From a virus (Duplodnaviria > Caudoviricetes): a stretch of 64,000 nt of DNA. The DNA lies in the IMG/VR virus record IMGVR_UViG_3300050156_000143, positions 96,001 to 160,000 of that record. The stretch is one strand, 5' to 3'. This document shows positions 22,264 through 31,968 of this stretch, piece by piece; within the stretch, counting starts at the first letter, position 1, and each line of letters opens with the position of its first letter. The notes beneath the pieces were generated by a model. It was not told where the DNA came from, did not search any database, and worked only from the letters and a program-made list of their open reading frames with translations. The translations under genes were made by a program, and so were the position numbers.

Positions 22264-22671
22264 ATGACCCGAGTATCAGTGAATGAGGCCGCTTTGCGCA
22301 AAGTGTTGGACATTTTGTCGCAATCTGGGCTACCCGCGCTCAATTTGGCAGGCGCAGCGTTAGAAAACAGCATCGAACCATTGGTGGTGAAACCGATTGA
22401 TGACGTCTTGACGGAAATCGCCACTGCCAATGTGATTCCGGTGGATGACACTTTGCAACCAAATACCGACTATTGGTTGTGCAATTACTCACATGAAGTG
22501 GATAGCGTGAAGGTTCAACTGTCTAAAATCAACTTTGTACGCATAAACCGACGGCTCATGCAGGACGAACACTCCGCGAATAATGTGGTAAGTGTTGAAG
22601 TAATGGACTCCGGTGGCGGGGTATACACCCTGTATCCAGGGGAATTCTTGTACAACGTTGATCCAACTTAA
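22264..22671 (+). CDS. Hypothetical protein
   Basis: 135-aa ORF with AGGAG SD, downstream of promoter. Confidence 0.7.
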   Translation: MTRVSVNEAALRKVLDILSQSGLPALNLAGAALENSIEPLVVKPIDDVLTEIATANVIPVDDTLQPNTDYWLCNYSHEVDSVKVQLSKINFVRINRRLMQDEHSANNVVSVEVMDSGGGVYTLYPGEFLYNVDPT

Positions 22672-22690
22672 CTTCACCGTGGAGAGCACT

Positions 22691-23089
22691 ATGGGATTCA
22701 AATTTAATGGCGATGTATATCAATGGTCTAAACCAAAGTTGGCCGCATATTGGCAAGAAACGTTGACACGGCGCATGCCGCTTTATGATGAGGCCGAACG
22801 ACTGCGCAGCGTGCTTACCCATTTTTGGGTGGAATCTGGAAGTGAAGACCCGATTGACCAATTTGTCGTAACTGCAAAACGTCCATTCGGCAACAAAGAC
22901 GTGCTAGCGTCAATTGTATTCAATCTTGGATGGGATTGGTTTCGAGTTGGCTCCCAATGGGAAATCCCCGAGTATGTCCAGGATGAGGCGGCTAACGTGT
23001 TGCAAGCCTTGATGGACGAATATTTCCAAGGGGTACAACACCCCGTAGTGGTCGGATGGAGGGCGTATCGGGACGGGACATTTGAATGA
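22691..23089 (+). CDS. Hypothetical protein
   Basis: ATG 22691 after GGAGAG; ATGA overlap with next gene. Confidence 0.65.
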   Translation: MGFKFNGDVYQWSKPKLAAYWQETLTRRMPLYDEAERLRSVLTHFWVESGSEDPIDQFVVTAKRPFGNKDVLASIVFNLGWDWFRVGSQWEIPEYVQDEAANVLQALMDEYFQGVQHPVVVGWRAYRDGTFE

Positions 23090-23382
23090 GCGCCAATAGC
23101 CGTAGAGTGGTATGCGCCGCAATTCGAGCATCCGATGGTGATGTATTAACCGGAATTAGGCACTATAGCCCAGACATGCGGCGCCAAATTAAAATGCGCT
23201 ACGATGGAGAAAAGTTCATGCGCCGTAGAGGCGACGATCAGGGATTTGTTGACCAACACGGGACATACATGACTAGACAAGAGGCATATCAAGTTGCCCA
23301 AGACGCTGGGCAACCGATTGACGAATCAGCGTGCGCGTCCATTGGTGGGAAACTTTGTCTTTACTCTGAAGCGGTGTATTGA
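23086..23382 (+). CDS. Hypothetical phage protein (VVCAAIR...GIRHY...QGFVDQ family)
   Basis: 98-aa ORF, coupled start. Confidence 0.7.
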   Translation: MSANSRRVVCAAIRASDGDVLTGIRHYSPDMRRQIKMRYDGEKFMRRRGDDQGFVDQHGTYMTRQEAYQVAQDAGQPIDESACASIGGKLCLYSEAVY

Positions 23383-23431
23383 TGTTCAGGCCTTTTTATG
23401 TGCAATACCATTAACGTGGGGGGTGGATTTT

Positions 23432-23641
23432 ATGGAGCAACCGAATCGATGGCATTGGTGGCAACTCAAGGGAGCTGCTAACCGGGAACACCCCATTCGG
23501 GAGAAGATTGGATGGTACTTTGTCTCTCTATCTGGTTTTGGATTATTGGGGTTCGTTGATGACTATGGGAATTTGTATTGCCCAAAATTCCCCCCAGGGC
23601 GCATCATCGCGCCGATCAGAATGAAGGTCGAAACCATGTGA
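23432..23641 (+). CDS. Hypothetical protein
   Basis: 3' part of track ORF 23294-23641, likely start MEQPNRW. Confidence 0.45.
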   Translation: MEQPNRWHWWQLKGAANREHPIREKIGWYFVSLSGFGLLGFVDDYGNLYCPKFPPGRIIAPIRMKVETM

Positions 23642-23653
23642 TTAAATATGACA

Positions 23654-24103
23654 ATGAAAATGTCCGATTTACTCGCGTTGCCATTGCTACCAGGAACTGC
23701 GCCGATTCCTCTGCATCAAGTGTATAGGTTTCATTGCACTGATCCATCCAATATCCCGTCTATCATTAAGAATGGGCTAGTGATGACCTCGGCCCAAGGA
23801 ATCGAAGGGCCGCGAGCGATCTATTCTTGGCCCACGTTTGAGAAGGCACAGTTGTATTCAAATCGTGCGATTGTAGAGTTTTACGACAGTGAGCAAAACT
23901 ACGAACCTGGTGGAGTAGGGAACCCGTATTTCACTACGTCATCGATCCCGCCGTCACATATACTGGCAGTACACTATCCGTGGCATAATCTTGCGAGGTA
24001 TGTGATCGAACACCGCATACCTCGTGAACAAGTCGGTGAGTTCCTAGAGTTCGATAACTATAAAAAAGTGTACGATTGGATGGTGGCCAACCACATCGAA
24101 TAG
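23654..24103 (+). CDS. Small ADP-ribosyltransferase-fold protein (KptA/Tpt1- or DarT-like motif pattern)
   Basis: YRFHCTDPSNIPSIIKNGL (HxT...SI...GL), IYSW strand, IPPSHIL terminal strand; TAAATA at 23643-23648, 5 nt before ATG 23654. Confidence 0.55.
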   Translation: MKMSDLLALPLLPGTAPIPLHQVYRFHCTDPSNIPSIIKNGLVMTSAQGIEGPRAIYSWPTFEKAQLYSNRAIVEFYDSEQNYEPGGVGNPYFTTSSIPPSHILAVHYPWHNLARYVIEHRIPREQVGEFLEFDNYKKVYDWMVANHIE

Positions 24104-24162
24104 CAGGCCGTAGTTCGACTAGATGTCACAGTTAAATTCCTGACAAATTTGGTCTGGAATGT

Positions 24163-24192
24163 TTGCACTCAACTTGGTTCCCATAGTATGAT
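24163..24192 (+). promoter_or_regulatory. Sigma70-like early promoter TTGCAC-18-TATGAT
   Basis: Direct motif upstream of gene 24221. Confidence 0.6.
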
Positions 24193-24220
24193 TGCATCAC
24201 TGACTCACCGGGAACCAACC

Positions 24221-24763
24221 ATGAACAACGCCACCGCCGATTTTGATTTTCTATCTGAACTGTATGGAACACCAGTGCAAGAAAACATTGGCACCACGTT
24301 GAAGTCCGCTGTGATGTCATCTGACAGTATCATTGCGGCTCTCATGGTTGCGTTGGACGACGCAACAACCCGTCTCAATATCATTCTCGCAAAAACATAC
24401 AAACCAAACCCCAAAACCGTGGCTCTTAACGGCGATGGGCCAGCCAAGCGCGAGTCCATGTCTATCACGGATATCAATGCGTCTAAAAAGCGTAAGCAAA
24501 AGGCCGCAACAGAGTCTGAAATCGTTGCCATTCAATCTGTTATACAACTTGCGCAGGCCGATTGCCCTAAATTGGTCGCAATCATCAACACGGTGCATGA
24601 CCTGGCACAGCAATATGTGGCCAACAAGACTGCGCGAGTGGCTACCACCGTGGGTGGCATGTTTGAATATCTGATCTTGAAAGAACTTGGCATTCAACCC
24701 GCAGATGGATCATTCACCACTCACCCGGTCAGCAAAATATTGCTGACTCTGGTCGCACCATAA
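24221..24763 (+). CDS. Hypothetical protein
   Basis: Likely start MNNATADF within track ORF 24149-24763. Confidence 0.65.
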   Translation: MNNATADFDFLSELYGTPVQENIGTTLKSAVMSSDSIIAALMVALDDATTRLNIILAKTYKPNPKTVALNGDGPAKRESMSITDINASKKRKQKAATESEIVAIQSVIQLAQADCPKLVAIINTVHDLAQQYVANKTARVATTVGGMFEYLILKELGIQPADGSFTTHPVSKILLTLVAP

Positions 24764-24792
24764 ACCCCTTGGCCAACACTGAAGGAAACACC

Positions 24793-25140
24793 ATGAACTT
24801 CACTCCCAAATTCTCCCTTGGACAAGCCGTCTACTACCCGCATCAAGGTGGGGTATTTCGTGACACGATCAAACGTATCGAATACGAATTGGTAAACGAT
24901 GTTCCCACGGTGTCTTACACGCTGTTCAACCTGTCATGTCACCCCGAAGACAAATTGGTAGCCACGTTGCAGGAGTGGTGGAAGGGAAGCGCTGGCCAGG
25001 TTGAGGCAGTAGGCCCACCCAATGCCCATGTACCGGATAGTGATGGATGGGCAAAATGGGACTTTTCATCCCCGGATGGCCCCATTGGTTTGGGTGGTAC
25101 ATGGTGTGACAATCAACAACGATACCACCCTGGAATGTAG
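24793..25140 (+). CDS. Hypothetical protein
   Basis: GAAGGA SD; MNFTPKFSLGQAVYY KOW-like start. Confidence 0.6.
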   Translation: MNFTPKFSLGQAVYYPHQGGVFRDTIKRIEYELVNDVPTVSYTLFNLSCHPEDKLVATLQEWWKGSAGQVEAVGPPNAHVPDSDGWAKWDFSSPDGPIGLGGTWCDNQQRYHPGM

Positions 25141-25252
25141 GTATGGAATGCCACCATCTACCTCTATCGATATCTCGGATGTGGGTGAATGGAGGTGGCG
25201 AGATTTGGGCGCGAGATACAACATTCAATCATTTCGTCTGTGTAAATGACAT

Positions 25253-25579
25253 ATGAAAATCGTTAAACAAATTGTCTTAAACCGTTGCTATGGTGGTTTC
25301 AGCCTGTCTAAGCAGGCATGGGAACTGTATCTCCAAGCTAAGGGCTTACCATGTTCACGGTGGGACTGTGGACACCCAATGGACGCCCAAGGTCGTCATT
25401 ACCCTGATCCAGAACGTGACGACCCAGTATTGATTGATATTGTTGAAAAACTTGGGAACAATGCTTCTGGACAGTGCTCAAATCTTGAAGTGGCTACTGT
25501 CACTGTAACGATCGACCTGTCCAATTTCGACGGCAAAGAATCGGTGGCGTCAGCGCATGTACACACCGAATTCGATTAA
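25253..25579 (+). CDS. Hypothetical phage protein (VLNRCYGGFSLS...RDDPVLI family)
   Basis: 108-aa ORF with a motif common in phage genomes. Confidence 0.7.
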   Translation: MKIVKQIVLNRCYGGFSLSKQAWELYLQAKGLPCSRWDCGHPMDAQGRHYPDPERDDPVLIDIVEKLGNNASGQCSNLEVATVTVTIDLSNFDGKESVASAHVHTEFD

Positions 25580-25592
25580 CAAGGAGAAAGCG

Positions 25593-25808
25593 ATGAAAGA
25601 GTTTTATGTTGTGACCAATGGTCGTGGTGACTTTATTGGCGTTGATTCCGCTTCTGGCGGGTATCCCTATGAGTCCGCCCATCCATTCATTTTTCGTGAC
25701 CTGAATCACGCAACAGTGTACGCGGCTGATGTGAATCAGCCCGACAATCCTCGTTTCCCTCATGGCCCATATCAACCCTATCGTATGATGTTTGTGCCAG
25801 TAAACTAA
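25593..25808 (+). CDS. Hypothetical protein
   Basis: AAGGAG SD before ATG 25593. Confidence 0.6.
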   Translation: MKEFYVVTNGRGDFIGVDSASGGYPYESAHPFIFRDLNHATVYAADVNQPDNPRFPHGPYQPYRMMFVPVN

Positions 25809-25827
25809 CTTCACAGGAATCTCGCCC

Positions 25828-26220
25828 ATGTCCACAAATTACTACCTAGAACACCGAACCCTGTTGCGAAAACGGTTGATATCACGGCTGCATATTGGCA
25901 AGTCAAGTGCCGGGTGGTGTTTTTCATTACAGGTTGAGCCACCTGATATCAACGGGTTAAACGATTGGCGAAAATTGTTTGCAGAATGTGGGATATTTTC
26001 TGGGAAACAGATTGTTGATGAGTATGGCAGAAAAGTGTCAGTTCAGGGCATGTTAGATGAAATACTGAATCGCCGTGGTAATAATGGGCAAATCAAAGAC
26101 CCGGTGAATGGCGGGTTTTACAAAAAGTACAATGGGGTCATTCGGCATCCCATTGATGGCGTTCATTGTGTTGGACACGGTGGCGGAACGTATGACTTAA
26201 TTTGCGGGGAATTTTCCTAA
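25828..26220 (+). CDS. Hypothetical phage protein (MSTNYY...HIGKSSAGWCFSL family)
   Basis: 130-aa ORF, AGGA SD. Confidence 0.7.
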   Translation: MSTNYYLEHRTLLRKRLISRLHIGKSSAGWCFSLQVEPPDINGLNDWRKLFAECGIFSGKQIVDEYGRKVSVQGMLDEILNRRGNNGQIKDPVNGGFYKKYNGVIRHPIDGVHCVGHGGGTYDLICGEFS

Positions 26221-26222
26221 TC

Positions 26223-26719
26223 ATGGATGAACACGAATTGGTCGCATTATTTTGGTCGCATTGTTGCGAGGATGGAATCGAGGGGATACCGTGATTTGCA
26301 CACGAGATGGGCCTGGGTACTCGTGTGGTGATGTTGGGGTCATTCGCTCATGCGGGGAACGATATGCGTTCGTTCATTTTAATGAACCACACCTCAGCAG
26401 TGAGTTTTCTTCACATAATGTTCTAATTCCCACATCCGCACTCCGACATTACTACGAGGCAGAGTATATGAACGAAAACGATGTCGCCAACTTGTTATTA
26501 CACGGTGTTCCGGTTGAGGTGGGAGAACGAGTGATCGCAATTAAAAGCACCTTTTCCTATCTAACTGGGTTTACGGGGGTTGTGACTTCAATTGGAGCGT
26601 CGGGGGAGGTGTTCGTCATAAAATTCGATCGTAAACATCATCGTTGGCTCAAAGGCCACCTCAGATTGACAGTCGCCGCGTGTATCGCAGACAATTTCAT
26701 CCGTGCATTCCAAGATTAG
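26223..26719 (+). pseudogene. Two-repeat KOW/SH3-like protein frameshifted near its start by a 14-bp tandem duplication
   Basis: TTGGTCGCATT at 26238-26248 and 26252-26262; removing 14 nt fuses ATG 26223 to ORF 26252-26719. Confidence 0.55.
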
Positions 26720-27693
26720 CGCCAACCTCTACCCAACTTGGTAGCAGCGTCTTGTAACAGTAGGTTCAATCTGGCTGGAGAAATCCTAGGGTCAATTTGG
26801 CCACCTTGTCGAACATACTTTTTCAAATCTGACAACACATTGAAGTGCAAGTCGTTGACCGTCTTACGGTCAACGTTTTCCAAGGCCTTGAATCTACCAC
26901 CCAACACAGTGTTTAATACCGCTATGTTTTGGAATTGCTCTGGGTATTGAACACTAGATTGGTTGATTTTGCTAATAGCCGATTTGCCCATTTTGGTCGG
27001 CACTTTGTTCCACGGCTCGACCCCACAAATAAACGTCAGGTAGTTTGATATTGGGATGGAACTAAGTTCCCTCATAAACGCAATCTCATCCGACGTTGCT
27101 TCCACCCTGTTGTCAAATTGGGCGACCACCGTGTACGCAGACGGTATCAGGCATATTCCCATCACTGGTATGTTGGCTGATATATTGCCACCATTGTCCA
27201 CCAAAATGTCCCCAAATTGTCTGAAAATTGCATTCAATGTTGCATTTGGGGTTTTCATCGATTGGCGGGAAAAACTATGCTGCTCAATTGCGGCCCGTGC
27301 AAACGAGTAGCATTGCGACGCAGTGATCATTGATCCATCGTATTCAAATCCCATATCTGCCATCACATCCTCAACTGCTGGTATAGTGATCTTACTCACA
27401 TCGATTTTCTTACCAGACAGTTTCAATATGTTAATGAATGGCATATCGTCGTGGGGTATGGTTGTTCCACGGGTTTTCAGTTTTTTGTAGTACGACGCTG
27501 GGTAATAGTACACGCCACTGATGTTCGTGTTAAGAGGTGATGGTCTGATGCCCACCTTGTTTATGGATGCCATAGTGACACCATAGTTTTTCATCTGGGA
27601 AGATGGAATCGTGCTCAAGAATTCCAACGCCGCAGCGTGACCGTTCTTTTTGACATTATGTTCGGGATTGCGCCGTAATTCGTGTAATCGCAT
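26716..27693 (-). CDS. ART-fold-like paralog P1 (divergent), putative internal head protein
   Basis: MRLHELRRNP leader; KVGIRP...GVYYYPASYY shared with four paralogs; TAAATA 27698-27703, 4 nt before ATG 27693. Confidence 0.7.
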   Translation of the reverse strand: MRLHELRRNPEHNVKKNGHAAALEFLSTIPSSQMKNYGVTMASINKVGIRPSPLNTNISGVYYYPASYYKKLKTRGTTIPHDDMPFINILKLSGKKIDVSKITIPAVEDVMADMGFEYDGSMITASQCYSFARAAIEQHSFSRQSMKTPNATLNAIFRQFGDILVDNGGNISANIPVMGICLIPSAYTVVAQFDNRVEATSDEIAFMRELSSIPISNYLTFICGVEPWNKVPTKMGKSAISKINQSSVQYPEQFQNIAVLNTVLGGRFKALENVDRKTVNDLHFNVLSDLKKYVRQGGQIDPRISPARLNLLLQDAATKLGRGWR

Positions 27694-27733
27694 CTTGTAT
27701 TTAGAATACAAGCGTTTTGTGCTAAACTATGGC

Positions 27734-28255
27734 ATGAGCGGATCAAAAAGTAAAATCAAAGGAAGTGGATTTGAGTTAAAAATCGCAAAAGATTTGTCAA
27801 CTCTATATTCAGCATCGTTCGTACGATGCACTTCAAGCGGCGCATATATCGGTGGGGCAAACATCTTTCGCAAAGATAAGCTCTCCACCAATCAAACTAA
27901 ATCATTCAAAGGCGACATTGTTCCGCCAGATGACTGGAAGTTTTTCAACGCTGAGTGCAAGTTTTATGCTGACTTTCGGTTCCATTTGCTGTTGACTGGT
28001 GAGCAAAAGGTGTTGGACGGGTGGATAGAACAGTCGAAAACGGTGGCCGACAAAAGTGATGTCAACATTGTGTTTATGAAATTCAACCGAATTGGCATGT
28101 ATGTTGCAGTTGAATCACATCCGTTGTGGAAATTTGATAATCAATGTGTATACAATTCTGCCAAACACGGTGTATGGCACGTGGTCTCATACGATGAGTT
28201 TTTTAAGAACAATAGTGCCCAATTGCGCCAACTGTGCGTTCAAGGTTTTACTTGA
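27734..28255 (+). CDS. Holliday junction resolvase-like PD-(D/E)xK nuclease
   Basis: SKIKGSGFELKIAKDL, FVRCTSSGAYIGG, GDIVPP, AECKFY. Confidence 0.8.
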   Translation: MSGSKSKIKGSGFELKIAKDLSTLYSASFVRCTSSGAYIGGANIFRKDKLSTNQTKSFKGDIVPPDDWKFFNAECKFYADFRFHLLLTGEQKVLDGWIEQSKTVADKSDVNIVFMKFNRIGMYVAVESHPLWKFDNQCVYNSAKHGVWHVVSYDEFFKNNSAQLRQLCVQGFT

Positions 28256-28350
28256 GTGGATAGCAAGGTCTTTGAAACAATGATGTGATTGTGGTGCTAC
28301 ACTGCATTCACTGCACTGAAGCAGAACAAATTTTCGGCAAAGGAAGAACC

Positions 28351-28632
28351 ATGAAATTCAATGACGTCCGTCCCGGTCAACACGTGCGTGTTTTCGTAAC
28401 CAAAGCCATTGCCAACCAAGGCTGGTTCAAGCGTGGCGACATTTCTGAACACACTAAACATTGTGCGTTCAGGGTGGTAAAAGTGACGAAAGCGGGCATG
28501 GTCATGGTGAAATCCACCATCAACCCGCGCATTTCTTACTCGGTTCCAGTAGATAATTTGGAATTGGTGGATACACATTGGTCGATCATGCGCAACACGA
28601 TGTACAATAGTGGTTCTATTTTAGGACTGTAA
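28351..28632 (+). CDS. Hypothetical protein
   Basis: AAGGA SD before ATG 28351. Confidence 0.6.
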   Translation: MKFNDVRPGQHVRVFVTKAIANQGWFKRGDISEHTKHCAFRVVKVTKAGMVMVKSTINPRISYSVPVDNLELVDTHWSIMRNTMYNSGSILGL

Positions 28633-28791
28633 TGTACCCATCAATTTTGCTCCCCATCGTGTTCGTCAATGCGTGCCTGTGTCCCGCACTATGGCCTATC
28701 GTGGCAATGCACGTTTATCTCGACGCGGTGGATCGCGTTGTAGCCCCACGTAGCAAACAACTCCCTGTACTTCTTTGAAGGGAATCCCAAA

Positions 28792-29073
28792 ATGAATGCC
28801 CAGTTTGCCAGTCGTTCTGAATACGCAATGCACGTAGCAGAGCGGCAACGAATTGCCCGAGACCTGTGGACGGCAGAGGTTCAGCGCACGTATCCACATT
28901 ACTCAACTGGTGAAATCAACAAGCTGATTGATCTTGCGCTCAAGTTGGATGAGGATGGTGTTTATGCAAACTTCGATGCTTTGTCTGACAAGTTGGCTGG
29001 TATGATTGCCATACTGGACTCCATGACATCGGAACAGCGAACAGCGGTGTTTGAATTCGTGTCATCACTGTAA
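28792..29073 (+). CDS. Hypothetical protein
   Basis: 93-aa ORF, GAAGGG SD. Confidence 0.6.
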   Translation: MNAQFASRSEYAMHVAERQRIARDLWTAEVQRTYPHYSTGEINKLIDLALKLDEDGVYANFDALSDKLAGMIAILDSMTSEQRTAVFEFVSSL

Positions 29074-29188
29074 CCAACCCTTGCAGAATACTCACTAAAA
29101 AGTGAGTGATTTTTCAATTGGGAATATTTCTGTGTCACGAGTTATTGCGTGGCTGTGAAAGTTAATATCTCATTTTCGGAGAAAAACT

Positions 29189-29593
29189 GTGGAAAAAATT
29201 ATTGAGATCAACGATTACGAAGAAAAGGAAGGCTACGGCAGCGTGGCAGGATTTGAAGTTGTAACCAACAAGCAGAGCATCAAGCTCTTCATTGACAACA
29301 ACAGTCAGTGCTACGAGCGGTGGGGGCATTTCTGGTGTAACGACAACCCGCATGAATTCATTGGCGCGGAACTTCGTGGTGTGAGCCTGACCGACACGGC
29401 ACTGAACGAAGCGCAAATGAAAGCCAATGACCTGACCCCCCTCGACAAGTGGTTTGAAGGCGGTGTGATGTTCGTGAATCTGGAAACTAACAAGGGGACG
29501 CTGCAATTCGTAGCTTACAACGATCACAACGGCTACTACGGACACGAAGCGAAAGTTCAATGCACCCAGCTAACGCATACTGAATCACTGTGA
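29189..29593 (+). CDS. Hypothetical phage protein (LETNKGTLQFVAYNDHNGYYGH family)
   Basis: GTG start after GGAG; 134 aa. Confidence 0.7.
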   Translation: MEKIIEINDYEEKEGYGSVAGFEVVTNKQSIKLFIDNNSQCYERWGHFWCNDNPHEFIGAELRGVSLTDTALNEAQMKANDLTPLDKWFEGGVMFVNLETNKGTLQFVAYNDHNGYYGHEAKVQCTQLTHTESL

Positions 29594-29663
29594 TGACTGA
29601 CGCGAACTAGCCCATACACTTGATCGCGGTCACCAGCAAGACAACGGCTTCACTACTGCAAGC

Positions 29664-29696
29664 GAAAATCCCCTACTAGCAACAGGGGATTTTTTA
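29664..29696 (+). terminator. Intrinsic terminator
   Basis: AAAATCCCCT...AGGGGATTTTTT hairpin plus U-tract. Confidence 0.7.
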
Positions 29697-29765
29697 TGCC
29701 CGAAAATTATTGGTGGTATAGTTCACTCATCGATTCACAACATCCTGTCATTCAACGGCAACAAC

Positions 29766-30077
29766 ATGGCACACATCAAAGCATTCCACGGCACAACTGA
29801 ACTCGTCCGGTTTAGTATGTCGGTTACCGAATTCAAGAAAATGTTTCCTGGGGTGATGGGTTTAAATGCAGGCTGGTGGGGTGAGAAATGGGTTGGACGC
29901 ACCCCAGACGGTCATTTGCTCCCGGTAGAGAGATTGATCACCTACAAGTCTCAGCCATCCCGCCATGAATGCAACGCTAAATGTATGAACGGTAAAATCA
30001 ATGGCACATGTGAATGTAAATGTGGTGGAAAGAACCACGGCGCTGGAATGTTTACTAAATTGGTAACCAGTAAGTGA
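29766..30077 (+). CDS. Hypothetical protein with Cys/His-rich C-terminus (HECNAKC...CECKCGGKNHG), probable metal-binding
   Basis: 103-aa ORF, direct motif. Confidence 0.65.
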   Translation: MAHIKAFHGTTELVRFSMSVTEFKKMFPGVMGLNAGWWGEKWVGRTPDGHLLPVERLITYKSQPSRHECNAKCMNGKINGTCECKCGGKNHGAGMFTKLVTSK

Positions 30078-30087
30078 AAGCGATGCC

Positions 30088-30495
30088 ATGACCTTATCAG
30101 ATCACCCTTCTGTGGGGCCAGCTCACTCCCTGAGTAGTAACGCCCTCCGAACAATAAAAATCGGCAGCATGACCCGGTATTCAAAATCGGTTGGTCTCAG
30201 AATGGCCGACATCGAATTAACAGAGTTGTGGGGCGTGTCGTGCCACGTGGCAGATGGTGGAAACAACGGATACATCAACGAGTTTGCGCACTATCTCTCA
30301 AAGTTGCCCCATCATTATAACAGGTTACTGACAGAATTGCGCCAAGATGTGCTAGATGGGCGCCCACCATATTGCACAGTGGAATTATTTGGGCAAGAGC
30401 ACGACATGCACTGTCCACCAATTTGGTGGAACGCCCCAACGCTAGATCAACTACTTAAACTAGAATACATTCACGATTTTGGTAAAAACCCGTAG
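30088..30495 (+). CDS. Hypothetical protein
   Basis: 135-aa ORF in co-directional run. Confidence 0.55.
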   Translation: MTLSDHPSVGPAHSLSSNALRTIKIGSMTRYSKSVGLRMADIELTELWGVSCHVADGGNNGYINEFAHYLSKLPHHYNRLLTELRQDVLDGRPPYCTVELFGQEHDMHCPPIWWNAPTLDQLLKLEYIHDFGKNP

Positions 30496-30503
30496 GAGTC
30501 ACG

Positions 30504-30956
30504 ATGTTGCCACCCTTGTTTATTTTTGATTTAGACAGTACCCTAGCCGATTTGGATCATCGTCGTCCAATCTTGGAAACAACTTCCAGTACAAAATGGG
30601 ATGACTTTTATCGAGCATGTGCAGATGATCCACCCATCATGCAAGTCATCGCAACCTACAAACTGCTATTGCAAGCTGGTGCCGAATTGTGGATTTGGAC
30701 TGGACGGAGTGAAATTGTTCGTCACACCACCTTGGATTGGTTGCGCAAACACATTGGCGACCACGAATTCAACTTGATCATGCGTGATCACGGTGACTTC
30801 ACACCTGACGACATTTTGAAAAAACAATGGTTAGACAATATGCTAGTCGATGACAGACGACGTTTGGTCGCGGCGTTTGACGACCGAACCCGTGTGGTCA
30901 ACATGTGGCGCAACGCTGGAGTCCAGTGTTTTCAAGTTGCGCCTGGCGATTTTTAG
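30504..30956 (+). CDS. HAD-family 3'-phosphatase (polynucleotide kinase/phosphatase PseT C-terminal domain-like)
   Basis: FDLDSTLA, WTGR, LIMR..GDF.PDDILK, AAFDDR..VVNMWR...CFQVAPGDF. Confidence 0.85.
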   Translation: MLPPLFIFDLDSTLADLDHRRPILETTSSTKWDDFYRACADDPPIMQVIATYKLLLQAGAELWIWTGRSEIVRHTTLDWLRKHIGDHEFNLIMRDHGDFTPDDILKKQWLDNMLVDDRRRLVAAFDDRTRVVNMWRNAGVQCFQVAPGDF

Positions 30957-30964
30957 AGGAGAGA

Positions 30965-31225
30965 ATGATGGAACAAAATTGGATCAAGATCACACCACAG
31001 GTGTTGGACGACCTTGAGCGAGGCAACATCGGCAACGATTTGTGGGTCGTCGTTGAAGGGGAAACCCGTCCGATTCACGCTCATTATGAGTGGCAACAAG
31101 GCCGTAATCCACATTCGTTTTGGTCAAGGGGCGATGGCTGGTGGGACGAAAAAGTGCTAGGCACCGTGACCCACATCATGTCGTATTATTGCCCGAAAAT
31201 GCCTGACCAGTCCACTCAGGTATGA
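30965..31225 (+). CDS. Hypothetical protein
   Basis: GAGGAG SD; MMEQNWIKIT start within track ORF 30905-31225. Confidence 0.55.
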   Translation: MMEQNWIKITPQVLDDLERGNIGNDLWVVVEGETRPIHAHYEWQQGRNPHSFWSRGDGWWDEKVLGTVTHIMSYYCPKMPDQSTQV

Positions 31226-31292
31226 TGAACTTGGCGAAATTCTGAGCTATCATCCTCTCATCGACTCAATAACCCCCAAGCGAGAAAACATC

Positions 31293-31583
31293 ATGTTCAT
31301 GGCCCAAGTTGACATTATCACCAAAGAAATCACCAACATCAGCGGTGATCCACGTGATCCCATGTTCTTCAAATTGGTGGCCGCGTGCCAAAAATACGTG
31401 AAGAGCGAAGGTTTTGCCACTTTGATCAACACGGTGGATGTGACTGTGTTTAACAGTGTTGCAATCAACCCTGCCAGCTACATTATCACGCAAGGTGGGA
31501 TCACGTGGATTCAACTGTTCACTGACGAATTCTTCTACCGTGACGTAGCCGAATTCGTTCAGCAAGTCGGCGCAACCGTTTAA
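31293..31583 (+). CDS. Hypothetical protein
   Basis: 96-aa ORF. Confidence 0.55.
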   Translation: MFMAQVDIITKEITNISGDPRDPMFFKLVAACQKYVKSEGFATLINTVDVTVFNSVAINPASYIITQGGITWIQLFTDEFFYRDVAEFVQQVGATV

Positions 31584-31786
31584 CACATTTAGGAGGAATA
31601 TTGAGGAAACACTGTTGGTTTGGGTTTTGGTCGCTGCGGGAGGCCATTTTGGTGGCCAATTTGGGCCATATGCCGATTTGCCGAGCTGCAATCGCGTAAA
31701 GGATTCCGAGCCATTCAAACGATACAGCAGCCAATGTGTGCAGATATACATCCCCGTAACAGTCATTAAAAAGTGAAGGAACCAGT

Positions 31787-31939
31787 ATGAAATCACGGAT
31801 TCACATGAAGATTCGCCGCACAGTGCATTCTCCATCCCAGCAATATGCGGTGGGCGACAATCCCACCAGGGAAAAACGCAAACTGCACCGCATGGCGAAA
31901 AAACGTGAACGCATCTTGCTGAACACCATAGCAGAATAA
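31787..31939 (+). CDS. Small basic protein, 50 aa (below track cut-off)
   Basis: GAAGGA SD; MKSRIHMKIRRTVHS...RILLNTIAE; ends just before terminator. Confidence 0.5.
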   Translation: MKSRIHMKIRRTVHSPSQQYAVGDNPTREKRKLHRMAKKRERILLNTIAE

Positions 31940-31941
31940 TC

Positions 31942-31968
31942 AAAAAGCCACCCTAGGGTGGCTTTTTT
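31942..31968. terminator. Bidirectional intrinsic terminator
   Basis: AAAAAGCCACCCTAGGGTGGCTTTTTT between convergent genes. Confidence 0.85.

Noticed and set aside
31266-31943. 225-aa minus ORF
   Set aside because: Antisense to SD-led plus genes, starts inside a terminator, and has no motif.
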